Origin: Trichosphaerium sp. ATCC 40318
Taxonomy: Eukaryota > Protista > Tubulinea
Assembly (NCBI GenBank): GCA_038496445.1
Contig: JALMLS010000056.1
Coordinates: 310,001 to 374,000 of the forward strand
Reading direction: 5' to 3'
Length of the DNA stretch: 64,000 nucleotides
Positions 50,749 through 61,950 of this stretch are shown piece after piece. The notes below the pieces were generated by a model, which was not told the DNA's origin, did no database searches, and saw only the letters and a list, made by a program, of their open reading frames with translations. The translations under genes and the position numbers were made by a program. Within the stretch, counting starts at the first letter, position 1, and the number at the start of each line of letters is the position of its first letter.

Positions 50749-51456
50749 ATGACATCACACCAGAGCGAAAGAATCAATATTAGTTCTATACCAACGGATA
50801 TGTTAGCTGTGATACTAGGTTTTTTAAAGAAAACAAGGTTTGCTGCGGCTCAGACATGTAAATCGTTTTCTCAAGTGATACATAATCGAATTGGCTATGT
50901 AAAGGTAACTGTCAACTCACGCGAAGATGTGCAGAGAATATCCAAGTGTCCAGGCATCATACACAACACGTATATTTCTACAAAAGGATACAAGACAATT
51001 ACAGATGATGAATTAGCCCTGCTACGATTTGTGAAGGACATAAACTTATGTGGTTGTAAGAACATCACAAGTAAAGGAGTACAAGCTCTTTCAAATGTAA
51101 AAAAGATAAACCTGAGCGGATGTTATCAACTGACAGATGACTGCTTAGCCAAAATGAAAGGTGTCTACTACATAAACCTATGCGGCTGTTCAAAACTAAC
51201 GGATGATGCTCTCGTTCCTTTAGCTGGCGCTCATGTAATTAATCTGGGCTGGTGCCTGAGATTGACGGACGAAGGGCTTGCCGCTATTGGGAAAGATGTT
51301 CATACCATAAACTTATCTTATTGTAAAAACATAACTGATAATGGACTCAAATCTTTGGTTAAAGCATCTCATATAACACTATTCGGGTGCCCACGTATAA
51401 CCGAGGAAGGTTTATCTCACCTCCCTAACGTGGATACAGTGCTGTGTGCCCTGTAG
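50749..51456 (+). CDS. Intronless F-box + cysteine-containing LRR protein
   Basis: F-box-like SSIPTDMLAVILGFL...AAQTCKSF, followed by repeats of the form xINLxGCxxLTDxGLxxL. Confidence 0.88.
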   Translation: MTSHQSERINISSIPTDMLAVILGFLKKTRFAAAQTCKSFSQVIHNRIGYVKVTVNSREDVQRISKCPGIIHNTYISTKGYKTITDDELALLRFVKDINLCGCKNITSKGVQALSNVKKINLSGCYQLTDDCLAKMKGVYYINLCGCSKLTDDALVPLAGAHVINLGWCLRLTDEGLAAIGKDVHTINLSYCKNITDNGLKSLVKASHITLFGCPRITEEGLSHLPNVDTVLCAL

Positions 51457-51706
51457 TCGAACAAGCCTGTAACAACTTTACATTGTTTTTGCGTCAAATT
51501 CCATAACAAGAAATCTCATGCAATAAAATGTTATTAATACAATAAAATTGAAGGTGTTTTCTCTTTCATCTACATTGCATTGGTCTGTAACAAGAAATAA
51601 AAGTAAAAACAGTGTCGTCCGCAAATGATGCACAAAGACAATGCATACTTGAGGAAACTCTTTGCTTGGCTGGTTGGTTTAATAGCGATAAACAAACTCT
51701 CACAGT

Positions 51707-52253
51707 TCATTCAGTATTTGCTACAAGTCTTGCTTTTTGAGCAAATCCACCCTACAAAGTTATCAAATACAGTACTTAATAACCAGTGCAGTCTATTGCA
51801 TGAAATGTCCAGTAAACTATATTTGTTACCTTTGGAGGAGGAGAAAACGTGTACGTCATCTCTAGAGGATCTGCTTTACTTAGATTAACTATCTTATGCT
51901 TGACATTTCTGGGCATAAATAGTGTGGAACCTGTTGTGACCTGTTTGGAGTTAGTTTACAATTTCGGTTTAGTGGTAACCTCTTGTGCATCCTTGTCCTC
52001 TATAAATACGTTTGCTCTCCCTTTTTTTATAACAATAAGCTCTTCAGAGTCTGTATGGGAGTGCCATGGAATATGTGAGCCTGCATCTACTATTTCAACA
52101 CCGTGCTCCATTGTTTTAGATTCAACTAGCGGAAATATTCTTCTTGAGGGGCCTTTCAGGACAATCAATCCAATATTGCTTATTTATGGTCAAATGCGAT
52201 TGCGTACCAGGTAATTCTATAGGATTGACATTGGCTAAGCTGTGTGCTATCAT
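51707..52253 (-). CDS. Single-domain cupin (Cupin_2) protein
   Basis: Motif 1: PWHSHTDSEELIVIKKG. Motif 2 after splicing: GSTLFMPRNVKHKIVN. Confidence 0.82.
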
Positions 52254-52487
52254 GTTCGTATTTTGTTTTGATTGTATTCGCGTGTAAACTAGTTTTTCTA
52301 TATTAGTAAGGCTTTGCCCACCAAATTCGCTAACAGCTTTTTGGATGTGTAGAAAACTTAATGCTATTCACAGAAACTAATAAGCGTACATCTGTAACGT
52401 TTAGAATAGTCTGCTGTTTCGTTATTAAACCAGTAAAAAGGTGTAATACAAGGAGCGGTTTTTGAAGTTGTTTTATTAAGTACTCCG

Positions 52488-54109
52488 TTATAAGCAGCCT
52501 TGGAAAAATTCATTTACGTTGGCTGTACCCAACTCGCTATTGACACTACGCTCTAGGAAAGCTGATACAGCTTGCCTTTGAATAGCATGATTGCTATACT
52601 CCTTGATGATCTCAATCAGCTTGTCAGCAAGTGCTTCAAGTTTTGATTTATCAATATTTTTAACAAAATAGTTCTCGGACTTAAGTGCCTTTGCACTGCA
52701 CAGTTTGCTCTCGCTCAACTAGTCTTGTGAGTGCCATGTAAAGGATATATTTGTACGTACCTTTCCAAATAGTGGGACATAGTACAACTCAGAAATTTCC
52801 TTCAAGATATTTTGTTGTACTGCTTGGCTTTTCATGCTTGCAAATTTCGTAGCGAAGATTTCAAAATATGTCTTGAGTACTATTGCAGTTTGCACAGTAG
52901 TATATTTTTTTTCGACAGGTAGTTCTGTACGACCTAGTTTCAGTCTTAAATCACCCTAGCAGTGTAAATGTGAGTATTCTTTCAGGTAATTGTTAAAATT
53001 CTAACCTCGTCGCTATTACTCCAAACGTTGACTGATATACTTGGTCCAGCTGCTATAACGCGGTGAAACCAAAATGGTGGAATGTAGAGAACTTCAGAAG
53101 GTCGTAGTACAGCATCATAACATGTGACATTCTTAAAATTTGGAAATTTATCTGGTATTTGTTATTAGATTTTTTTTAATTACTTTTTTTCTATTACGTA
53201 CCACTGTCTACTTTCTCGAAATCGACCTGTGATTGTCTTTGCATTGGGTGCAAATAAGAGTGAGGGTATAACTTGGTGTAGGTTTTTGGTGGACAAAGAA
53301 CAAATCTCTAAGAGTAGCGTTAAAAAAAAATACATAAATAAAAAAAGTAAAGTGATAAGGTACTTGCTTTGCGTCCGTAGAGTTGTGTGTAAAAGTTATG
53401 ATTTTCATCGTAATGAGTGTGTGTAGTTATATTATGTCCACCCATCCATAAAAATGCCTCAGAAGATTTATCCAAGCGCCACATGTCAGTACGTAAATCT
53501 AAAAATAGTAAGTTACTTTTTTGGATTTTTGGATTTTATTTGTTTTACCCTTTAAAAGTTCAGGCGTTTCGTCGATGTAAACAGACGCGTATAGATAACC
53601 CTTAGCGTCACTAAGTGTTTTATTCCAAAACTTGTCAACTGTAAGATCGAGGTCCTGCCCTTTTTCCGGTTCTGCAACTGATCCCATCTAAAAGCTGATC
53701 AACACTTGCCGTGGCGTTAATACTCGTGTACCTCCTTGGTTTTGTCGTAGTAGCGAAAGATATTGCTCGTTTTTTGAAACTTGGCTGAAAATGTTTGGCG
53801 CCCTACATATTATCAATTGGTGGCATTTGTGAGCGTAGAGGTTAACGTACCGAGAAGTTTCTTCATGTACGGTGGGTTCCATAATGCTAAAGCTGGCCAA
53901 TCATCTATGGCGTTCATAATGATCATTGGGCGCTTTTCTTCGATGATACGAGCCCGTGTTATGCGGTCAAAATTTTTTGTTATTGGTGCGCCCATGAACT
54001 GATGCTGAGGGATATACGATGGCTGCCCGATACCGCTGTGGTTTTGGACATAATACACAACGAAACCAACTATTGTAGCAAGAATCAAGAACGCCAAAGC
54101 TTCTTTCAT
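52488..54109 (-). CDS. JmjC-domain (Cupin_8) 2-oxoglutarate/Fe(II) hydroxylase with N-terminal signal anchor
   Basis: Hydrophobic LAFLILATIVGFVVYYV, RPMIIMNAIDDWPALALW, FLWMGGHNITTHTHYDENHNFYTQLYGRK and VLYIPPFWFHRV...SISVNVW (HxD...H triad). Confidence 0.87.
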
Positions 54110-54202
54110 TGTTATGGTACAGTTTCCCGATTTTTACAATCCAAAAAGCTGTTTGAGACCAGACTTGACATTTGGTGACGTCAACATTAAACTGAGAATG
54201 CA

Positions 54203-57200
54203 ATGAGTCGCAGGGAGAACCTAGAAGGGTTTTCTAGATCTTCCAAGTACAAAAGTAAGAACTTAGGGCAGGATGTAAGAAAAGCGACATCAGGTTCAAG
54301 AGCAACTAACTTGACAGCGTTTGGTGGTGGACCTAGCCGCAAAAAACGAGGTTCAAAACCACGCACGTTTGCTGTAAGCCACAAGATACAATTCTAGTCA
54401 TTCTAAAACGTTCTAGCAAGCGAAAAAAGAAATATCTGAGCGTAATAACGACTTGTTAAAACGTTTGGCGTTATCCAGTACGAAACATCAACCAAAGACA
54501 GCTAACTTTACACTCTACAGGTGCAAGTTACGATGAAGATGATTATGACGATGGTGAAGAACCAGAAGACGCCGAACATTGTATTATTTGCTTCAACGGT
54601 ATTAGAAAGGAACAAGGCATATGGCAATGTCCCAAGTGCTTCTGCCACTTCTTCCATCTTGCTTGTAAGGTTTATTATTATTTTTTTTATTTTCTAATCA
54701 CAGAGTGTAGGCATTCGCAAGTGGGCAGAGCGGGTACATGACATTTAACGAGTGTTCAACTTGGCACTACAAGCATCATTTGACGTCAAAGTATTGACGT
54801 TTCTAGGCACCTGATCAAGAAGCTAAGTTATCTAAAGAAGCATTTCCAGACAGGCAAAAGACATGGGCCTGGTACGTCACTAAAATCTACTACTAGTGCG
54901 TTACTGACCATCCTACCATTTAGCCCAAATTGTCGAGGCCAATTTCCTACGTCTGAGAAACCTACTAAATACATGTGCTTTTGTGGAAAAGTAGAAGATC
55001 CACCTGTAGATGCTTGGCTTAACCCGCATACTGTACGAATCTGCTCTACTATTGCGGTTGGTTTTATGGCTCAATTATGTAGTGTGGGGAAAAATGTGGA
55101 AGGCTACTTCTGCCAGAGTGTGGTCACAGTTGCGTTGAACAATGTCATGCCGGACGGTAAGGTTTTTGCTATTTGTTTTAAAGATTGTCTTACTTCTTTG
55201 TGAAGATGTCCTCCATGTCCTGCTCAAGTACGAGCGCGATGTTTTTGTAATAGAGTACAAGAGACTAGGCGTTGCTCTGAGTCACTATATTCTTGTGGTG
55301 CAGTATGTGGTAGGGTGCTTGCATGCGGAAAGCACAGATGTACACAAACCTGTCACAAAGGTATAAAGCATTTTTTTATCATCCCTCATTCGCCTAAATA
55401 GGACCTTGTCCTCCTTGCCATAAAACAAGTTTACAGCACTGTCGCTGTGGGAAAGAAGAGAGGCATGTGAATTGTACAGAAATCGATTTTTCTTGTGAAA
55501 AAGTTTGTGGAAAATCGTTCCCTTGTGGTCATCACACGTGTCAACGAGTAAGTACTCTCGTATTCGAGGACTGTTTTAACCGATTCACTTCTTAGGTTTG
55601 CCATACAGGAGCATGTGACTCTCAATGTCCTCTATCTATTGGAAGAACATGTTTTTGCACCAAACAAGGTAAACGTGTTTGGTCTAAACGTAATCTAACA
55701 CAGTGCCTTTTCAGTACTTAACATACCATGTTGGGAGGAAACTACATCATGTAATAACTCTTGTGATAAAGAACTACCTTGTGGTACGAGCTTTGATACC
55801 ACTACTGAGAATTGTAACAATGAGCTAGGACATCGATGTGTTGAACGTTGTCATCCAGGAGATTGCCCACCATGTCAACTTACGAGCGTATGTTGAAATT
55901 AAGTAATTATATACTAACAATTTGCTAGAATAGGTCATGTAGGTGTGGGTCAATGACAAAGAACAACCAAGCGTGTCAAAAGTTTTTCAGATGTAATAGA
56001 AAGTGTACAAAAAAAAAGAATTGCGGGCGTCATGAGTGTAAAACAAAATGTTGTGCAGGTACCCACAATATTACATTATCAGGAATACTCTAAATATTCT
56101 AAGGGGAATGTCCAACGTGTGATAGAAAGTGCAACCGTTGGCTCAATTGTAGAAACCATAAATGCACAATTTTATGCCATACAGGTCAGTACAGAACTCT
56201 TTGTGTTCATTTTTTCGTTTCCCAACTGATTTGAAAACTAGGAGCATGTGATCCTTGTCCCTTAGAAATACAAGTAACTTGTCCATGTAAGAAACGAAAA
56301 AAAACAAGGCCTTGCGGTCAGTACCCACCTCTCATGCATCTATTACCGTATGGTTATCCTCAACACAACATAAAACTCAGATATTTCTAAATAGGCGCAC
56401 ATGCATTGGCAGACATACACGTGCTTTTCTGCCTTGTCACTCTCCAGAGTATATACCTTGTGAAAAACCTTGCGGTAAGCTATCTTACTTTGGATATTTA
56501 CTAATAGTTCTAAAAGGAAACATGTTAAAATGTGGTAATCATACATGCGAAAAGCCATGTCATGGAGTAACACAGAGGCGTAAATTTGTCGATAATAAAG
56601 AAGTTGTAAAATATGGAACATCACCAGAGTACGTACTACAGTAAAGAGCCCACACATTAATAAAATCATAGCGGTGATGGTAAAGATACTTGTCGCCAGT
56701 GCTGGCGAACATGTGATAAGCCTTTGAAAGTATGCGCGGAAAAGTAAGTGAATGGTTTATTATTAATGTGGAACTAACAATTGTTAGTCACAAATGTGCC
56801 ATGCCGTGCCATCCATCTTGGGGTATGACTTCCTACTATCTCATTGTACAACAACTAATACTCTGTTTAAGTTGAGTGCAAGCCATGTGCGGTTGAGAAG
56901 GAATATAAGTGTCACTGTGGCGTAAGTAGTTATCTGTCTGGATTATATTGTCTCATTCTATTTTAACAGATTGATACATTGACTATTCCTTGTCATTTGA
57001 CTATTGACGCAAAAGTTCTCGAAGCTGAAAAGTCATGTGGTAACACCTGCAATAGAGATTTACCTGGCTGTACGCTCTGCCTTTGAAATTTGCGTATATT
57101 TATCTCACCATCTAGGTTCTCACTTTTGCACTGACATATGCCATCCTGGCGCATGTGGTGCTTGTAATGAAACAGTTACTCTGACTTGTAAATGTGGTAA

Positions 57201-57729
57201 TCGCAAGGAGGCAAACAATTTTCCATTTATACTTTGGTTCTCATTAAGTATTAGGAAATGCCTTGCTTAGAGCACCAAAAAGAGTGTAATAGTTCTAGTG
57301 CCAGATTAGACTCTAAGAATCGTCTTATATGCGATGAGAGTTGCGAAGTTAAGAAGCAAGAAAGAATTAAAAAACAAAAGGAAATACAGCTAAAGCGAAG
57401 CCAAGAAAAAGTATGCAGGTTTTATCTTTTTGTCCTAACATCTAACAAGGAACGTACACAAATGTTACAGATGAAAGCCAAAGAAAGAAAAGCAACAAAA
57501 CGCCGTGCAAAAGGTGGTAAGATTATGTCAGCACAACGAGAAAAGGATCGCAAAGAGGCTTTGAAACTACTCAAGAAAAAAACAAAGTAAGAAATTGAAG
57601 AAACCTGTGTTTGTTTTTTTGACTTTTCTTAGGACTCAAATCACGTCTACATGTGTAATAGGCGTGGTAGTAGCACTTATATTTTCTGTAATCATTGCTA
57701 TTGTTATTTTTAAGCCTACAGTCGTATAG
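54203..57729 (+). CDS. NFXL1: NF-X1-type zinc finger protein NFXL1-like
   Basis: RING/PHD-like CIICF...[20 protein letters not shown]...WACPNCR, then [17 protein letters not shown], many CGxHxCxxxCHxGxCxxC repeats, a coiled coil and a C-terminal TM helix. Confidence 0.9.
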
Positions 57730-58059
57730 AGGAATAAAATAACTTTTCTTTCAGTTTTATTTTTCCGTTATTGCATCAGTAGCTTGTGGCAGCGAAACCA
57801 AAGAAGGCTGACTTTAAAGTGTTTGCCTCAAATATGGTTTATCAATAACGTGAGATTATCAGGAGGCAATTGGAAGAACTATCAAAAGAAAGGTGACAGG
57901 AAGGTACGCTTTTACAAAGTCCATTATTTCTTACGTTCCTGCCATCTTTTGGCAAACAAAAGTTACAAAAGGTGATAGGTCCAACGCTAGAGCGCACACT
58001 AGCATCTTTTAAACCTTTGTACTTGAATGAATGAGTGCATGAGGAGATAAGAGTGCTAT

Positions 58060-58911
58060 CAAATAGGTGCACACTCAATCGATTATTCGAACTTGACTTT
58101 TGAAACGTACATACTCTACAGCGGAAAGAAGTTCCCTTGTCCCTCATACCTTCACAGGTACCTAGCAATATCATTAGACAAAACGAATCGCAAAAAAACC
58201 TCATACTGTGTCGCTAAATCTGTGCCGCCAAGTTGACAATAGCACTGTCAGGGCTTTCGCGGGCGTACACACAATTTCCTTGAACGGCTGCGCACTTGTG
58301 TCAGATATTAGCGCTTTAAAAGGCGTACACACTATCAGCTTAAAGGATTGTGTACGTTTGAAGAGTGTCAATATCCTTGCGGGAGTTGATACAATAAATT
58401 TAACTGGATGCATCACCATCCAAGACGATTCTATTAGCGATTAGTAGGAATTCGCTCAATCAACTTGACAGCTTGTCTCAACATCACCGACAATGGCATC
58501 ATTGCTATTGCACGCGATGTAAAACAGATAAACATGACTGGCCTTGCGAACATCACAGCTAGAGCCTTTGAAGCGCTGAAAAACGCTCTGGTAGTGTACA
58601 TGCCCTCGAGTGATAGTATTCAAGATGAGCACTTAGCATTATTGCAGAACGTTGAGAAGATAAGGCTTGAAGGACCACATATAACAGTGCAGTGTCAACA
58701 TTCCTTGCCTTATTGCACTCGCGTTGCTATATGTGAAACTGATATTCACCCTTCAAATTATTATTTGTTCCCTCTAAATGGAGAAGAGGAGGAATTTCCA
58801 CGGGGCTCATATAAGAACCTTGGCCTTATAGTGGATCAGCCAGAATTCCAGTATGATCCATATAGTACATTAACATACGAAGCACAAAGATGGAACTATA
58901 TTTTTCCATAA
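58060..58911 (+). pseudogene. Disrupted intronless LRR gene paralogous to 50749-51456
   Basis: The GVHTISLxxC repeats and INLTACLNITDNGIIAIARDVKQIN match INLGWCLRLTDEGLAAIGKDVHTIN. There is a frame break at ~58441 and a decayed 5' region with no clear start. Confidence 0.65.
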
Positions 58912-60936
58912 GGAACATTTCTCCAAGATTTACTATGTACTTGTTAGTTAATAAATAGCACCTGTGTTAAACATGAAGTCATTTCCTGCCTGTTTAGATT
59001 AAAATAACTTCGTTGCAATATATTACCTAGTTGCTCAAGCCATGTCTAACAGGTACCACAGCTGTTAACTGACTAAGTCATGTGGGTCATCATCGCTTTT
59101 AAAATCCCAGAAATGCTTGACACTAACAATTATGAACACTAGAAATGCTCAAAACGTTGGATACCAAAAAAATTAAATTGTCTGGTACCACTTTTTCTTA
59201 CCGCAACAGCCAAGTGCAGTATCTAGCGTTGTAAACGAATGCTTAACGTAATATTCAATCAACAAAATGTAAAAAGGTTATTATGGTGAAGAACTTTGTG
59301 CGTAAATAGCCAGAATTAGGGTTTTGGCACGCTCAACATTCTGATCATTCCTGGCAGTTCCAGAGGCTCAAAAGCGAAAAAACTGAAACAAAACAGTTTG
59401 AATATGAACCATGCGCTCTACTTACAAAGGGACGAATGAGTCAGCATTTATAGCATATGGCCTCTTTGTTGCTACTGATACGCTCAGAAAGCGTACCCAT
59501 CACACAATTTCATTGACCCCCCGACGGGGGCGATAACAAAGCACAAGGTCAGAAGTGCAGTGAAAAACTACGCAATCTCATATTCATTGTGATAGAAAGG
59601 TACTTTCAAAACGGTTTTATACACAATAAATCAACTAAAAAAAAAAGTGTGGTATGATACTTCCACATAAATTGGTTTACGTTCATCTACGCGTTGATTC
59701 AGGGCAATTCACTAACATTGCACGTTTTGAAAAGTTATTGAAAAGTTGATTGATTTAATACAGAATTCCACAACTTATGTCAGCCTGTACACCTACAAGT
59801 CATACTTACAAGCACATAACAACATTCAGGTATACCATTACGGTTGTTAAACCTTTGAACGTCTAACGGGCCGAATTGTCTTCGAAGCAAAATCACACGT
59901 TTCTGTTTGCAATGAAACGTTTCTTACGTCTAATCTCATATAAAGTTGATCACATTGAACCAACATAACGTCGTTTTATTCATTACAATTACGAAGTCCA
60001 TTCACTCATTGTAGGGGCAGCATCGCTTTTGAGACAGTTTCGAACAATAGAGACTTGTGATTTTTGACAGCAACGGAAAATTAGAGAATCTTTGAGAAGT
60101 ACTTACCCACCACCTCAGAACCTTTTTTCGGATTTTCTAACGCCACTCCCTTAGTTTGGATTATTTGGATCGTTTATGGCCCGAGCTTTGCTACAGTACT
60201 ATTTTAGTACTTTATTTGCGGACGACTAGTAGCTGTTGCCAAATCTCATGGACCATTTCTGTACCTTGTGCTGTTTAATGCGTTGATCTTTGAGGCAGTT
60301 TCATGTTTGGAGTGAGAGGTCATTGGTGCATATCATCCAGCCACCTCGGCAATAACCCAACTTTGGCAACTTACCTTTAGTGCAAAGATTAAAGACCATA
60401 CCAAAACCGAGTGCAAGCAACCACCTTTTGTTGTATAAGCGTTTATTTTAGGGCTGCACTTTCGTTTAGAAAAAAACCAATCTGCACGTAGCAAATGCTG
60501 TTGCAATAATAGTGGTTGTTTGTGTTTTGCTTGTTCAAGTTATTGATGCAGAAAAAGATGTCAAGAAAATACAAACTTAACAAATGGAGCCTTAAACTAA
60601 AAATATAGTTTTAGGCGCGAAAATACAATTCTGCATTCTTGCGATCTAGTGAGTACCTTGCAAGACAATGGACAGATGAGCGGTACTATATCGTAAAGCA
60701 AGGTAAGGAAACGAGCTACATTTATTTACAACGTTTGTAGGTAATACGCGTTCGCAAGAACAGGCGCAAGAGCACCAGAACAGGCGATAACGCTCAACAA
60801 CTTTAAGCTGGCTTTACTTTATACCAGGCACGTACCGTCCTCCAAAAACTCCAAAACGCGGTGCCCTTTACAGTTTTCATTTTGTACAAATGCATTTGTT
60901 GCCAAACGTTGCTAGCCTTCACCGGCACGCGGATTG

Positions 60937-61101
60937 TAGCGATGTGTCGCCGTGAAGCCGATCACTTAGCAAAATAGAGTTGGAAATTGTATTGCGCCCA
61001 GGCTAGTTGGTTATTTGCTGTGTACGCGACCTTAGAGTAACCCAGATGTTTAACAATCATTGGGGTGCTAGCGATGTTTCGCCGTGAAGCCGACACTTAG
61101 C
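60937..61101 (+). repeat. Pair of ~33-bp direct repeats
   Basis: TAGCGATGTGTCGCCGTGAAGCCGATCACTTAGC (60937-60970) and TAGCGATGTTTCGCCGTGAAGCCGACACTTAGC (61069-61101). Confidence 0.8.
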
Positions 61102-61950
61102 TCAGTAACGCAATATATCATCTGGCCTGAATCAGTCAGGGAAACCGACCGATTTACGTTTTTTAGTTTTTAGAGCAAACAACACAAATAAAACACCTAA
61201 AACGACGTATTTGTAGCGCGCCAAATGCTGTCGTTTTGGGGGTTTTTTCCGTCTCGTGCTTTCCTGCTTACCGTTGGTTCTAGTAACTATCTCGTGCAAA
61301 GGGTAAAACACTTGAAGCAAAAATTGTAGACCAAGATGTCAAAATTACAACAAAGGACGAAGAAATGGGATTCAAGAGAAGAAAGTGTCCAAACTCAAAT
61401 AGTTTGTATTTCCGCTTCCTCTTTGAGTTTCCATTGACACATTGAGCTGCTTTTGCCCAGAGAAATGGTCATGAGGCGAAGATATCGGCAGCCGTTTGCA
61501 AATTTCGATGTAGGTAATTCTCCGTCTTTTGACCATCATTGTTCCTTTCTAGGTTCCGTTTCAGCCATTTTTGTACGTCAGCTTCCGCCGCCGCAGCTTT
61601 GAGCTCAGCTGACAGGTGACGGATTTGTTGGGCGTCTTACGCTTCTGTCAATGTTTGGTTTTCTTGTTGGGATTCTTCAAGAGCGACTGTGGTCAGTTCG
61701 AGCTCACTCTCCAATGCTTGGTACGCTTGCACCTGTTCTTAATTAAAGCTTGTAAAAATACCAATCGTTCTTTCTTGTTTGGCTGCTAGTCAAGTTTATT
61801 GTAATGTACTAATAAACAAAATTTAAGAATAGTTGTAAAAAACTAATCCGGATTGACCTTTATTTACGGTAAACTTTTTTGGTGGTAGTTTTCTGAAAAA
61901 CAGTTACCATAAATCTATCAAATTCCACAAATTCGAGTGACACTTGTAAT

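Noticed and set aside
33700-58911. Endogenous giant-virus insertion
   Set aside because: No NCLDV core genes (capsid, polB, A32 ATPase) were seen, and the virus-like genes are single and interspersed among intron-rich host genes.
59517-59530. CCCCCCGACGGGGG hairpin
   Set aside because: It is too short and isolated to support a terminator, ncRNA or Helitron end.
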